Program-made: the position numbers and the translations under genes
The notes under the pieces: model-generated
The model's input: only the letters and a program-made list of their open reading frames with translations
What the model was told of the DNA's origin: nothing
The model's database searches: none
In this document: in pieces, positions 46,901 to 60,176 of the stretch
How positions within the stretch are numbered: the stretch's first letter is position 1
Layout of the letters: every line of letters begins with the position of its first letter
Source of the DNA: Neoechinorhynchus agilis
Taxonomy: Eukaryota > Animalia > Acanthocephala
Direction: 5' to 3'
DNA length: 64,000 bases
Assembly (NCBI GenBank): GCA_051530055.1
Contig: CM121341.1
Span: 3,028,151-3,092,150 of the forward strand

Positions 46901-48343
46901 TAAAGAGCGTACCTCGGTCAATGCACTGCATTTGCCTTTTAACTGGTAAAGTGGCACCATTAAATACGAATCGTCTTGTAAAAAAGCAGCCTATAGCAAC
47001 TGAGGACGTTTTATAAACGTTTTTATTGGTTACTTGGACTTACGTCAAAGAAACCCGAACAAATCAATCGTGGTGGTTTAACGACTTTTGTTCGACACTT
47101 ACGCTTTACTCCAATTACTTCGAACAAAACGATGACTTTGTTTGAAATTAGCCATTTCAAAGATTCGTCAATTAGGACGATTTCGTTCCATTTCGGTGGC
47201 ACCGACCTACGATGAATGGGAATTATTTTGCATAAGCCGCCCACTTTGATTTTTGAAAAAGTAAAAAGTTCATTAGCGTTAATGGTGACATGAAACGGAA
47301 CGTTTTTTGGCAAAAATAATTTAATTTGTTATAATCTACCCTTCGGAAATGTTAATCTCATGAGTGAGAGCAGGTACAACAAATTCATGTTTGGATTTTG
47401 ACGATCTAAAAAAAGGAAATTCAAAATCAACCAAAACTATTGCAGACGAACCTCGAATATTTCCCGGTCTGTCGATCGATAACACTGATCCGTACAACCA
47501 AATCAGTAGCATAATTCTGTGGTCGATATTGAGTCATCTCGTATATAGAAATGGCAGTCCATTCAGCGGTCGAATTATCCATATTTTGTTCATCATCTGC
47601 CCGATTTATAGCTGAAATGTGATTCTCTTCTAACGTTGACGTTACGTTCTTGGATACAATTTGCTTAAGTTCTCTTCAAGTAAACGTAAAAGTTAAATTC
47701 TATCGAAAAAATCGTACCGTCCATTTTCATCGGTCAAATCAATTATTCTCTCATCACCACTAATGCCTACTATTCCATATTCATCTGGACCTTCGTCGTC
47801 GTCCACTTCAGAATCAGAGGATGCTTGTACAAGCCTCATTCGAACTCTGCTTTTAGATTGTCTAAAAATATTTTTTAATTCTTCATATCAACGTCTAACA
47901 AGTATCAAAAATGTGTTTAACGTTGACCATTAGATACTAATAATTATTTCAACTTACCTAACTTCACTACTAGATTTCGATTCTTCGTCTGATTTGAAGC
48001 AATGCATCATTCTTAGAAACAAATGAGATTTTAACGATGATGAAGATGATCTAATTTCACGTGCTTGTCTCTTAAGCATAAAAAATAAACGTGAAAACCT
48101 TTCGTTTGAAGTTTCTACAGTGTCATTATTCGAGTACCATTTATTCATCTCTATGTCAGTGGTTTACACTTTTAAAAGATTCAGATTAAGAAAATTATTT
48201 TAAGATGCTGTGTTTCCATAGAAGCGAAATGCTTTAGCTTGCTTTACAATATAAAAAAATAGATTTTAACCGGTTGAATTTTAAGAAGTGATTATTCTAA
48301 TTGCAAACCACGGACTTGGTGAGGTTGACGGTGATTCGGTCAT
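43909..48343 (-). CDS. AHI1: AHI1/Jouberin (C2-like domain plus WD40 repeats), multi-exon
   Basis: Phase-compatible exons 48343-48316, 48150-47958, 47861-about 47718. C2-like LVVRISVIDRQTGKY and PKWNEIVLIDESL...VIVLFEV. WD40 GHIDRVNDLDWS...LISGSSDGTCR / IWK...HPSEILMCKLCPKNENILVTAGNDSYLNIWNI / TRLTSFAFNYNSTILYTGNCFG, in AHI1 order. Intron 45681-44416. Internal exon ends not all resolved. Confidence 0.85.
44516..44655. ncRNA. Fold-back element with a complete minimal type-I hammerhead, inside an AHI1 intron
   Basis: 44606-44650: AATTGA CTGAAGA A GTCCAAT GTG ATTGGAT GAAA TA TT TCAATT (perfect 6-bp stem I, 7-bp stem II). The left arm 44516-44570 has deleted the CTGAAGA segment. Confidence 0.85.
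44917..45133 (-). mobile_element. 5'-truncated CRE-clade/RLE retrotransposon stub with 13-bp TSD, inside an AHI1 intron
   Basis: SRLGGMLKHATGDMRSSSFLLQRISAAIQRGNAAAIKETAEQT*. Perfect direct repeat TTTAAGATAACGA at 44904-44916 and 45134-45146. Confidence 0.85.
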
Positions 48344-48949
48344 TTCCACCGTGTTTTTAATCGTGACTTTGCGCCTCTTCACTTTCTACTCTAGAATCCG
48401 AGCGAGATTTACATTCTTTTTTTGTGACGGCAAATGTGCACTGATTTTTCATTTTATTGATTCATAAAGACGTAAATTTTGTAATAGCCTTAATTTTTAC
48501 ATTGATCTTATATTACTCAGGGTATTCCTTTAGGTAATACAAACTACTAAAAGCTCATAAACATATTTCTACTTTTATTGGTCGAGATTATCATATAACA
48601 AAAATGAGAACTGATGCCAAAAATTTAAACAAATTTAAAATTGAGGCATTTTAAAGGACGACTGCACAAAAAAAACGAGAACTCGGGCAATATTGTGAAA
48701 AGCATAAAAATTGAAAGAGAGCCTGAAATAAAAGGAAAATAGCGATAATGAAAATACAAGAGCTGTTAGCTAAACGCGAAAATGAAACGCGTTTAAGCTT
48801 ATCTTAAAAAATAGTAGAATTCATTCCCGTAAATTTCAAACTTTGCAACTGATAACAGGAGCGAATACTAAAGTTTCAAAATTCGAAATTTAGACTTTCA
48901 TACTGCATCAAAGATTTAAATTTCTGAGAATCGAAAATATACAATTAAT

Positions 48950-49700
48950 AAGCATGAATTTTACGCAAAATAATGAGAATGGATGTCCGAATTGTCCACA
49001 GAAGCGCACCAACCCTCCTACGAATCTTGACGAGAACTGGACAACATGAAATGTAGTAGACATGCCCACCATCGTCCTTGATGTGTGCATGCTCTAGGGA
49101 AGTCCATGGACAAAACAACAATATATCTTTGAACTTTTCTCTCACTTGAGAGGTCATTCTTTTCAGCATTGTTGGTTTTCGTCTTTGTTCTTCTCCTTTC
49201 CCAGCGTCTTGAGATCTCCGCTTACACTGTCTTCCCACCTCTTCTTAAGCCTCTCTCTCTTCTCCTTTTCCCCTCGAGCTCGATCGGCTCGACCGCAAAC
49301 AGCTCTTGTCCATGGACACAAATGGGACTCAAAGCAACGTTCTCTACGCGATGACCTGCGAGCAATGTTTGGCCGATGACAATCGCGAGTTAATTTATAG
49401 ATAGGAAGACTGAAAGTCCTTTATTGAACATTTGACGGAACACGTTCGCCACTCGGAGTTCAATGGCGACGTATTAACTCTCCAGGCGAGTTAAATTTGT
49501 GGCCAAGAACCAGGGAACCTACCGTTGAGGTACTGATTATATCTCGGTCGGTTGGAAGCGAATGGTGTTTCCCATGGACAATCCGATGGACAGTTCTGGA
49601 TATCAGCTCGAAAAAATTGTAGAACTGCTCAAAACAAGCGGGACGAACATCCACACTTCAATGTTGCTACTGTAACACACTACAGAACTCCATGCGCCTT
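48950..49700 (-). mobile_element. Heavily degenerate PLE (RT plus GIY-YIG remnants)
   Basis: GLSMGN (RT motif) near 49575; GGHVYYISC...RFVG (GIY-YIG-like) near 49050-49090; many stops and frameshifts. Confidence 0.5.
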
Positions 49701-50641
49701 TGTAGATTCTTGAAAAAGCCGTAAGACGGAGAAACCTCGAAATAAAGATCTTCTTTATCATTACAACAGCCCACCCAAGTGTCCATTTAAAAACAAAACA
49801 TTATTAAAAAAAATTATGGAAAATTCTTGCATTTATTGTTCATCTATGAGCATTAAAAATTATTTAAGTGTTAATATGAAGTTCAATAATCCTTAAACAA
49901 CAATTTGCACAAATGTAACATTTTTACGTAATTTATTCCGCAAAATCATGATGAAATTCTAATGGTATTATTTTTTCGCTATCCAATTTTTTTTAACTTA
50001 AGTTCATCGCAGAACTATGCCGACAAGATGGAATTTCGCTAATACCACTCGTAAGCAAAGTTGATTTCGAATTAATGACTCAAAGTGAGCATCCTAATAA
50101 CAATAATGAAAATGAATTATTTAATATCATTCCCATTTATTTTAAGCACAATGATTGCTTAAATTTCCAGCTTAGACAAAGTAAAAGAATAAAACTTCTA
50201 CTTCAAGGATTTTAATCTCTAAGAAAAGACGACATTCAAAATTCGATTCTGTATTGATTATTCGATTTTTTTCTCATAAAAAATAATGAAGATGAACAAT
50301 CAATTCTTCAAGTGTTCCTCTCTGATTCGAAAAGTCAAAATCCATTAGCGTGATTTTTAAACTTTTTTAGCTCAAAACGAGTGAGTATTCAAAAATATTA
50401 AGTTAACGCCATACTTCAATTGTGCATTAAGGATTCTAGATTAAAAAAATCATTTTGAAAACGTTCAAACGTCGTCGTTATTTCGCTTTTAGGCGATAAG
50501 CCGAAAAAATCAGCGTGAAATTCTCGGACTCTCGTATCCCTTCAGCAGACCATAATACTAAATGCGCAGCAGTCATAATGGATGCTAAGACACAGACACT
50601 TTACGCAAGTATAATAATATCATTGCTTGCTTTCGTACACT

Positions 50642-52319
50642 TCACTTTCTCTTCTTCTTTTCACCTTCGCCGTCTTTGCCGGAAGCCGCGGCAAGGCGGG
50701 CACTCTTCCTTTTGGGGGTTGTATCTCTCTTTTCAGTTTTTCGTTTTTGACCACCTTTTTTGGCAGTGCTCGGTACACCCAAAGATCCATTACTGCTCCG
50801 ACCTGCACCAGGTGATTTTGAAGTTAAAGATCGGCCTTTTAGCCTAGAAGACCTGCGCAGATTGGAACTCTCAGATGATTCAGTCTGACGAGTTTGTCGT
50901 TGTTTGCGTGATTCCGTCTTTTCCTCGTCTCCTTCGTCCGTAGGTGCCCGCTCGTCATGTTGAGAAGAAACCGTTGAAGTATCGCGCGCAACGTCGTCGA
51001 ACTTTAATGATCCGGCGGCAATCGGGGAATGGTCATCCGCCTCTTTCTCAGAAACAATATCCTTCTCAGCATTAACCAAAACCTTCTCCGATTCTTCGTC
51101 CTCGTTATGTTCCTCCGCCGCATCTTCCACTTGCTCTTCGTCCTTTTCTAATTCATCCGGTTTTTCCTTTTCCTCCGATAGAACTTCTTCGCTGTCCTTG
51201 ATTTCATCTTTTTCTTCGTCTTTTTCAACCTTTGCGTCAACTTCGTCGATTTCGTTCGGGGCCTCTGCAGAATAAGCTCAAAAGTAGTGAGATTTCAAAT
51301 TTGGAACGGTGTATTTTTTTCAATAATTAAAAATAGAATATTTTCTCCTAACGTAGGGGAAAAATAAAAACACGTCAGTATGCCCCGAATCAAAACTTGA
51401 GAACTCATTCCTTAAATCATCCTTTTCAATTTTCTCACTTTCTCCGTCCGTTGGTGCATCAACACCATCCGACGCGTCCTTTTCAGAAATATCTTCTTCG
51501 CTTTTCTCATCTTCTTTTTCCGACTCTTCGGTTTCATCCTTTTTCACATCGACAACTTTCTCGTCCCCACCGCCGCCACCGCCGCCAACAACAACAACAT
51601 TACCGCCACTTTCAAACAAAATAAAATCCAAACGTTCATCGACTGAGCATTCCATTAATCTATCAGCCTCCTTTATGGCATCATGCCATTGTTTCTCAGT
51701 TCTGGGCGTCACTACAACCTCGAAATACTTCGCTAATCTTGCCGACTCTTCTTTATCCCCAGCAGATCCCGTAACAAACTGTGCGTATTTTCGATAATTT
51801 TCAAATCCATTATAAGGAAGGGCCCTTGTAATCGACACCCATTGCTCATCACCGTTTAAATAGTTAACATGGAGTTGAATGGGTCCTTCATCGCTCGAAC
51901 TACGTCGGAACTCACCACTTGGAGCGTCCTTTGTTACAATACAAGGAAACCATTGCGATTCCGGGTTTTTGGCCCATAAAATGCTCCCAGGGTTCACCGT
52001 GTAAGCCAAATTGTCCACCTCTGACATCATATCACTAACGGTGACTTCTTTAGTGACCGCCGGAGGCGATTTAAGATCTGGTGCAACCACCACTTCTGTT
52101 TGTTCCTTATTCGTCTCTAAACCACCAGTTTCAATTTCGTCCGTCATCTGAAGCATGCAAAAAAAAGAGAAAAACGGTTAAACGTGACGTAAACTCTAAC
52201 GAACAAATACGAACAACCTTACACACCGTCTGAACAAATGAAACAATTTCATAAAAAACGAGCAATTCAAAAGGCGGCGGAACCGACGGCACATACACAT
52301 TTGTATTCGGGGGAGGCAT
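50642..52319 (-). CDS. PWWP-domain protein (NSD-type PWWP1) with acidic and basic low-complexity tails; no SET domain seen
   Basis: Exons 52319-52299, 52147-51439 (donor GTGAGA) and 51264-50642. YTVNPGSILWAKNPESQWFPCIVTKD...LHVNYLNGDEQWV...KQWHDAIKEADRLMECSVDERL resembles NSD2/3 PWWP1; followed by a Glu/Asp-rich region and a KR-rich C-terminus. Confidence 0.8.
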
Positions 52320-52337
52320 ACGGAAGAATATTAATGT

Positions 52338-55308
52338 GAGCTACAAAATCGATTATGACGTCATAGAAAAATTTCAATGTGCGCTTCAAGGTTTATGAGA
52401 AAAAAAAGAGAAATAGGATTTAAAAACCGAATTCTGACCTCAACGAAAAATGTTAGATATTGTTCTCTGTAAAATTATAAACCCATGGAAAGTTTATATT
52501 AAAAAAGAGCTACAAATTTAATTATGACGTCATCGGGTTTTTAATGTGCGCTTTAAAAGGACAAAAAAGCGTCAAAAGATTTAAATAAGCCGAATTCTGA
52601 CGTCAACAAAAAGGGTTAAATATTGTTTTCTGTAAAATTATAAACGCACGAAAGTTTATATTAAAAAAGAGCTACAAATTTAATTATGACGTCATCGGGT
52701 TTTTAATGTGCGCTTTAAAAGGACAAAAAAGCGTCAAAAGATTTAAAAAACCCGGATTCTGACGTCAACAAAAAGGGTTAAATATTGTTTTCTGTAAAAT
52801 TATAAACGCACGAAAGTTTATATTAAAAAAGAGCTACAAATTTAATTATGACGTCATCGGGTTTTAATGTGCGCTTTAAAAGGACAAAAAAGCGTAATAA
52901 CATTTAGAAAACCCGGATTCTGACGTCAACAAAAAGGGTTAAATATTGTTTTCTGTAAAATTATAAACGCACGAAAGTTTATATTAAAAAAGAGCTACAA
53001 ATTTAATTATGACGTCATCGGGTTTTTAATGTGCGCTTTAAAAGGACAAAAAAGCGTCAAAAGATTTAGAAAACCCGGATTCTGACGTCAACAAAAAGGG
53101 TTAAATATTGTTTTCTGTAAAATTATAAACGCACGAAAGTTTATATTAAAAAAGAGCTACAAATTTAATTATGACGTCATCGGTTTTTAATGTGCGCTTT
53201 AAAAGGACAAAAAAGCGTCAAAAGATTTAGAAAACCCGGATTCTGACGTCAACAAAAAGGGTTAAATATTGTTTTCTGTAAAATTATAAACGCACGAAAG
53301 TTTATATTAAAAAAGAGCTACAAATTTAATTATGACGTCATCGGGTTTTTAATGTGCGCTTTAAAAGGACAAAAAAGCGTCAAAAGATTTAAAAAACCCG
53401 GATTCTGACGTCAACAAAAAGGGTTAAATATTGTTTTCTGTAAAATTATAAACGCACGAAAGTTCATATTAAAAAAGAGCTACAAATTTAATTATGACGT
53501 CATCGGGTTTTTAATGTGCGCTTTAAAAGGACAAAAAAGCGTCAAAAGATTAGAAAACCCGGATTCTGACGTCAACAAAAAGGGTTAAATATTGTTTTCT
53601 GTAAAATTATAAACGCACGAAAGTTTATATTAAAAAAGAGCTACAAATTTAATTATGACGTCATCGGGTTTTAATGTGCGCTTTAAAAGGACAAAAAAGC
53701 GTCAAAAGATTTAGAAAACCCGGATTCTGACGTCAACAAAAAGGGTTAAATATTGTTTTCTGTAAAATTATAAACGCACGAAAGTTTATATTAAAAAAGA
53801 GCTACAAATTTAATTATGACGTCATCGGGTTTTTAATGTGCGCTTTAAAAGGACAAAAAAGCGTCAAAAGATTTAGAAAACCCGGATTCTGACGTCAACA
53901 AAAAGGGTTAAATATTGTTTTCTGTAAAATTATAAACGCACGAAAGTTTATATTAAAAAAGAGCTACAAATTTAATTATGACGTCATCGGGTTTTTAATG
54001 TGCGCTTTAAAAGGACAAAAAAGCGTCAAAAGATTTAGAAAACCCGGATTCTGACGTCAACAAAAAGGGTTAAATATTGTTTTCTGTAAAATTATAAACG
54101 CAGGAAAGTTTATATTAAAAAAGAGCTACAAATTTAATTATGACGTCATCGGGTTTTAATGTGCGCTTTAAAAGGACAAAAAAGCGTCAAAAGATTTAAA
54201 AAAACCGAATTCTGACGTCAACAAAAAGGGTTAAATATTGTTTTCTGTAAAATTATAAACGCACGAAAGTTTATATTAAAAAAGAGCTACAAATTTAATT
54301 ATGACGTCATCGGGTTTTTAATGTGCGCTTTAAAAGGACAAAAAAGCGTCAAAAGATTTAGAAAACCCGGATTCTGACGTCAACAAAAAGGGTTAAATAT
54401 TGTTTTCTGTAAAATTATAAACGCACGAAAGTTTATATTAAAAAAGAGCTACAAATTTAATTATGACGTCATCGGGTTTTAATGTGCGCTTTAAAAGGAC
54501 AAAAAAGCGTCAAAAGATTTAAAAAAAGCCGAATTCTGACGTCAACAAAAAGGGTTAAATATTGTTTTCTGTAAAATTATAAACGCACGAAAGTTTATAT
54601 TAAAAAAGAGCTACAAATTTAATTATGACGTCATCGGGTTTTTAATGTGCGCTTTAAAAGGACAAAAAAGCGTAAAAACATTTAGAAAACCCGGATTCTG
54701 ACGTCAACAAAAAGGGTTAAATATTGTTTTCTGTAAAATTATAAACGCACGAAAGTTTATATTAAAAAAGAGCTACAAATTTAATTATGACGTCATCGGG
54801 TTTTAATGTGCGCTTTAAAAGGACAAAAAAGCGTCAAAAGATTTAAAAAAAGCCGAATTCTGACGTCAACAAAAAGGGTTAAATATTGTTTTCTGTAAAA
54901 TTATAAACGCATGGAAAGTTCATATTAAAAAAGAGCTACAAATTTAATTATGACGTCATCGGGTTTTTAATGTGCGCTTTGAAAGGACAAAAAAGCGTCA
55001 AAAGATTTAAAAAAGCCGAATTCTGACGTCAACAAAAAGGGTTAAATATTGTTTTCTGTAAAATTATAAACGCACGAAAGTTCATATTAAAAAAGAGCTA
55101 CAAATTTAATTATGACGTCATCGGGTTTTTAATGTGCGCTTTGAAAAAACAAAAAAGCGTAATAACATTTAGAAAACCCGGATTCTGACGTCAACAAAAA
55201 GGGTTAAATATTGTTTTCTGTAAAATTATAAACGCACGAAAGTTTATATTAAAAAAGAATTACAAATTTAATTATGACGTCATCGGGTTTTTAATGTGCG
55301 CTTTAAAA
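52338..55308. repeat. Satellite, about 162-bp unit, about 18 copies, two TGACGTCA palindromes per unit
   Basis: GAGCTACAAA recurs at 52507, 52669, 52831, 52992, 53154 and onward. The array starts 18 nt upstream of the PWWP gene ATG. Confidence 0.95.
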
Positions 55309-55536
55309 AAAAGACTCATGGAAAGAAGCATCATAAGTCAAGCGACAGCAAAATAGTGAAAGCTTTGAGACTACGACTTAACACTGAAAGTCTCACTTTT
55401 TACGCAATAGGAACGCTGAACATTTTACTATCTAAGTTGATCTTTTTTAGCGTTTAAAAGGGTTTCCGATCTAAATCATGGAATAACTTTTTGAAATATT
55501 CCTTGCGGTATTTCGCCGCCTTTTGTTTTACGTCAA

Positions 55537-57909
55537 GTGGACTTGAGTTCCGAATCTCTGTCTCAGAATCAAAGGGTTCAAAATCCACGATTTTTAGTGA
55601 CTATTAACGAAAGGTGACGAAGTACCTCGATGAAGGGTATAAACTCACTGATGAGTCCCTCATCCTTAGGAGGTATCTGAGAATCCGGAGGGATTCGTAC
55701 AAACTCTTTACCGTACAGTTCAGGGGAATTTGAGTGATTTTAAGTCGCTTCCGTGACTTATTTCAATGAGTTGTGTGTCCAAGGAAAATAATCAGCCGTT
55801 CAAAGGATGTCCACTTCAACACCTAGAGAATAAATGTTACCGATGAGCCAGAATTATGGATAAAAATAATTAAATAATTGGCCAATACAACTGACCGAGT
55901 TTGTTCATTCCGTAGTTGTTCTGAGATGGTCTTGTGGACTTGAGCTTCGAATCCCTATTTTAGGGTCAAAAGGGTTCAAAATCCACGATTTTTTAATGAC
56001 TATTAACGAAAGGTGACGAAGTACCTCGATGAAGGGTATAAACTCACTGATGAGTCCCTCATCCTTAGGAGGTATCTGAGGATCCGGAGTGATTCGTACA
56101 AACTCTTTACCGTACAGTTCAGGGGAATTTGAGTGATTTTAAGTCGCTTCCGTGACTTATTTCAATGAGTTGTGTGTCCAAGGAAAATAATCAGCCGTTC
56201 AAAGGATGTCCACTTCAACACCTAGAGAATAAATGTTACCGATGAGCCAGAATTATGGATAAAAATAATTAAATAATTGGCCAATACAACTGACCGAGTT
56301 TGTTCATTCCGTAGTTGTTCTGAGATGGTCTTGTGGACTTGAGCTTCGAATCCCTATTTTAGGGTCAAAAGGGTTCAAAATCCACGATTTTTTAATGACT
56401 ATTAACGAAAGGTGACGAAGTACCTCGATGAAGGGTATAAACTCACTGATGAGTCCCTCATCCTTAGGAGGTATCTGAGAATCCGGAGGGATTCGTACAA
56501 ACTCTTTACCGTACAGTTCAGGGGAATTTGAGTGATTTTAAGTCGCTTCCGTGACTTATTTCAATGAGTTGTGTGTCCAAGGAAAATAATCAGCCGTTCA
56601 AAGGATGTCCACTTCAACACCTAGAGAATAAATGTTACCGATGAGCCAGAATTATGGATAAAAATAATTAAATAATTGGCCAATACAACTGACCGAGTTT
56701 GTTCATTCCGTAGTTGTTCTGAGATGGTCTTGTGGACTTGAGCTTCGAATCCCTATTTTAGGGTCAAAAGGGTTCAAAATCCACGATTTTTTAATGACTA
56801 TTAACGAAAGGTGACGAAGTACCTCGATGAAGGGTATAAACTCACTGATGAGTCCCTCATCCTTAGGAGGTATCTGAGGATCCGGAGTGATTCGTACAAA
56901 CTCTTTACCGTACAGTTCAGGGTTTGAGTGATTTTAAGTCGCTTCCGTGACTTATTTCAATGAGTTGTGTGCCCAAGGAAAATAATCAGCCGTTCAAAGG
57001 ATGTCCACTTCAACACCTAGAGAATAAATGTTACCGATGAGCCAGAATTATGGATAAAATAATTAAATAATTGGCCAATACAACTGACCGAGTTTGTTCA
57101 TTCCGTAGTTGTTCTGAGCTTGAGCTTCGAATCCCTATTTTAGGGTCAAAAGGGTTCAAAATCCACGATTTTTTAATGACTATTAACGAAAGGTGACGAA
57201 GTACCTCGATGAAGGGTATAAACTCACTGATGAGTCCCTCATCCTTAGGAGGTATCTGAGAATCCGGAGGGATTCGTACAAACTCTTTACCGTACAGTTC
57301 AGGGAATTTGAGTGATTTTAAGTCGCTTCCGTGACTTATTTCAATGAGTTGTGTGTCCAAGGAAAATAATCAGCCGTTCAAAGGATGTTCACTTCAACAC
57401 CTAGAGAATAAATGTTACCGATGAGCCAGAATTATGGATAAAAATAATTAAATAATTGGCCAATACAACTGACCGAGTTTGTTCATTCCGTAGTTGTTCT
57501 GAGATGGTCTTGTGGACTTGAGCTTCGAATCCCTATTTTAGGGTCAAAAGGGTTCAAAATCCACGATTTTTTAATGACTATTAACGAAAGGAGACGAAAT
57601 ATCGCTGAAGGGAATAAACTCACTGATGAGTCCTTAATCCTTAGGAGGTATCTGAGGATCCGGAGTGATTCGTACAAACTCTTTACCGTACAGTTCAGGG
57701 GAATTTGAGTGATTTTAAGTCGCTTCCGTGACTTATTTCAATGAGTTGTGTGCCCAAGGAAAATAATCAGCCGTTAAAAGGATATCCACTTCAACACTTA
57801 GAGAATAAATGTTACCGGGACTGAATTTGTTCATTCCGTAGTTGTTCTGAGATGGTCTTGTAGACTTGAGCTTCGAATCCCTATTTTAGGGTCAAAAGGG
57901 TTCAAAATC
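55537..57909. repeat. Satellite, 399-bp unit, about 6 copies
   Basis: CTGAGATGGTCTTGTGG at 55921, 56320 and 56719 (period 399); later copies carry small deletions. Confidence 0.95.
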
Positions 57910-59785
57910 CGCCAGGGGGCTCTCTAGATGATTAATCCCTGACCCATTTTGACGGGCTGTGTGCCCATAGACCCATAATCTAATCGGCTTGTTTTATATG
58001 GGAATTATAAGCACTTCAACTCCAACTGTATCGCCCACAAGTATTTTCTCTCTTGATGATTAATTTTTGATTTATGATCCAGAATTAAAATTGAGTTTCG
58101 CCGGTTATCGTTGCTAATAAGTTTTAGAAAATAATTATTTTATGTTACGCAGTGTCCGAAACTTTGGATTTGTATTTAAAAGGTTTTTTGTTTCTTTTAA
58201 ATTAAAGTTGGTTGGAGAAAATTCACAATGGTCGAAAAACTTTTAAACTTTTCAAATTACATTAGGCTAATTTTGCATCAATTATTTTTTATTATTTTAT
58301 CATAAGTAATAGACATCTCCCCATTAGAAGCTGATATTATGCAGTATTCTTGCAATTTTTTAAACTTAAAGTATTCAAAGAGAATTATAAATCTAAATAC
58401 AAACAACGCAAGAAATTCTACATAGGTAAAAATTTTAATTTTTTAGGGTTTTTTTAACTTTTTTCTGTTTATAGTGTCCGAAAACGAAATTATCTTGTCA
58501 ACAGTTTCGGCCGGATTCGATTTAAGTGGAAGACTTTCAAGTGCGAGTATTCCACGTTTTTAAACAATATAACAGTTTCGAGCTATTAAAGTCGTTAAAC
58601 CTAAATTTTCTTTGAATGATGCATTTTAAATAACAGGCAATGTTGGTAAGATTCTATGTAGTTTTAAGTAGACCAGAGGAGATATTAATAGCACTATTTT
58701 TTTAATATCCAATTTAAAAACTCCTTTACGTTATATTCTTCTAGGAAACCACTTTTACAGTTCAAAAGTTTTTCTTTGGCGTCACTTGTGCGTCCTCAGT
58801 TAAAAACGGGACGTATGCTAATTCTTACCTTTGAAAAAGGTTAAAATTATTCATAAAAATTACCGCAAAGGAGATAGTCCGAGGATTATTTGCTGAAAAA
58901 TTCGTTCGAGGCGATTCTGCTTCATAGACATTTTTTCATAATGAACGTTGTTGAAATACTCGAAAGTTTTTTTCTTACGCCAGCGTAGCAAAGATTTTTG
59001 AAGTGAACCAAATTAAAAACAATCGGACATCTTATTTTCAAAGCTGGCAAAGTACAAACAAAGTCAAACGAGCAAAAATATAGAACTCTTTTTATAGTGT
59101 ATTTTAAAGGTAGCTTTCATATAAAATTTTAAAGATGACCGGGGAACTCCGCTAGAAAATATTTAAATAATTTTTGCTTCCATTTTGGCTGCCGTTCATT
59201 TTGCAACTTAAAATCTTTTTGTGACAAAGCATGAAATCTTCAAAAATTGGTTTCATTTGCATCTGTTCAGTTTTCGTTCGATTCCAAAAATGGCTATTTA
59301 ATTTCTTTAAGATGCTAGAACTCCGGAACGACTACAAACATACCAGCGCGTACGAAATCAGTGGAAAATCAGTGAGATGAATATGGCGCAGAAATGTCGT
59401 TTGATCAATGCGTTGCATAACGCAAAAGTGCTATCTCTCAAAGATGGAAATTGCCGTCACAGTTCGTGACTTGGGAATCATAACAAACGATTTATCAGGC
59501 CTTGACAATATCGACAAAAAAGCGTTTAAACCCATTAAAGATTTTGCTCAAACAACTCTTTTATGTGCTCACTGCAAACGAAATTGGAAGCCATTTCGTA
59601 TTTAGCGAATTCATGAGAAAATTGGGGATTTGTGCAATTATTCTGCTAACGAATAGCGATACATTGAGACGAAGAAGCTTTTTGATATCTTACTGCACAT
59701 TCATCAATTTGAAGACTATGAAAGCGTCGCCTTTTTGCTCGATTTAATCATAGAAAATGCCCTTGAAATACAATCGTTATCGATG

Positions 59786-60176
59786 TAAAAACGTTGGAAT
59801 TAAACTAAAAAGACAAGCAAAAAAATGTAAAATATAGAGGAGTATCTGATTTAAAAACGTTGGAATTAAATTCAAAAAAAAACAAGCAAAAAAAGTAAAA
59901 TCCAGAGGAGTATCTGATTTAAAAACGTTGGAATTAAAGTAAAAAAACAAGCAAAAAAATGTAAAATCCAGAGGAGTATCTAATTTAAAAACGTTGGAAT
60001 TAAATTAAAAAACAAGCAAAAAAAGTAAAATCCAGAGGAGTATCTGATTTGAAAACGTTGGAATTAAATAAAAAACAAGCAAAAAAATGTAAAATCCAGA
60101 GGAGTATCTAATTTAAAAACGTTGGAATTAAACTAAAAAAACAAGCAAAGAAAAGTAAAATCCAGAGGAGTATCTT
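59786..60176. repeat. Minisatellite, about 66-bp unit, 6 copies
   Basis: AAAAACGTTGGAATTAAA at about 59787, 59852, 59921, 59987, 60051 and 60115. Confidence 0.9.

Noticed and set aside
49200-49290. ERLKKRWEDSVSGDLK as an RTE-clade LINE C-terminus
   Set aside because: It is flanked by PLE-type GLSMGN and GIY-YIG-like motifs in the order expected for a PLE; the short similarity is insufficient.
55630-57660. CTGATGAGTCC motif in each 399-bp unit as a hammerhead
   Set aside because: No GAAA follows the candidate stem II. The upstream GAAG/GAAA arrangement (type II) lacks a stem I paired at the cleavage site. Only the last unit has GAAATATC.
24776-60176. Tandem arrays as CRISPR
   Set aside because: Units are contiguous with no unique spacers, there are no cas genes, and the context is eukaryotic.
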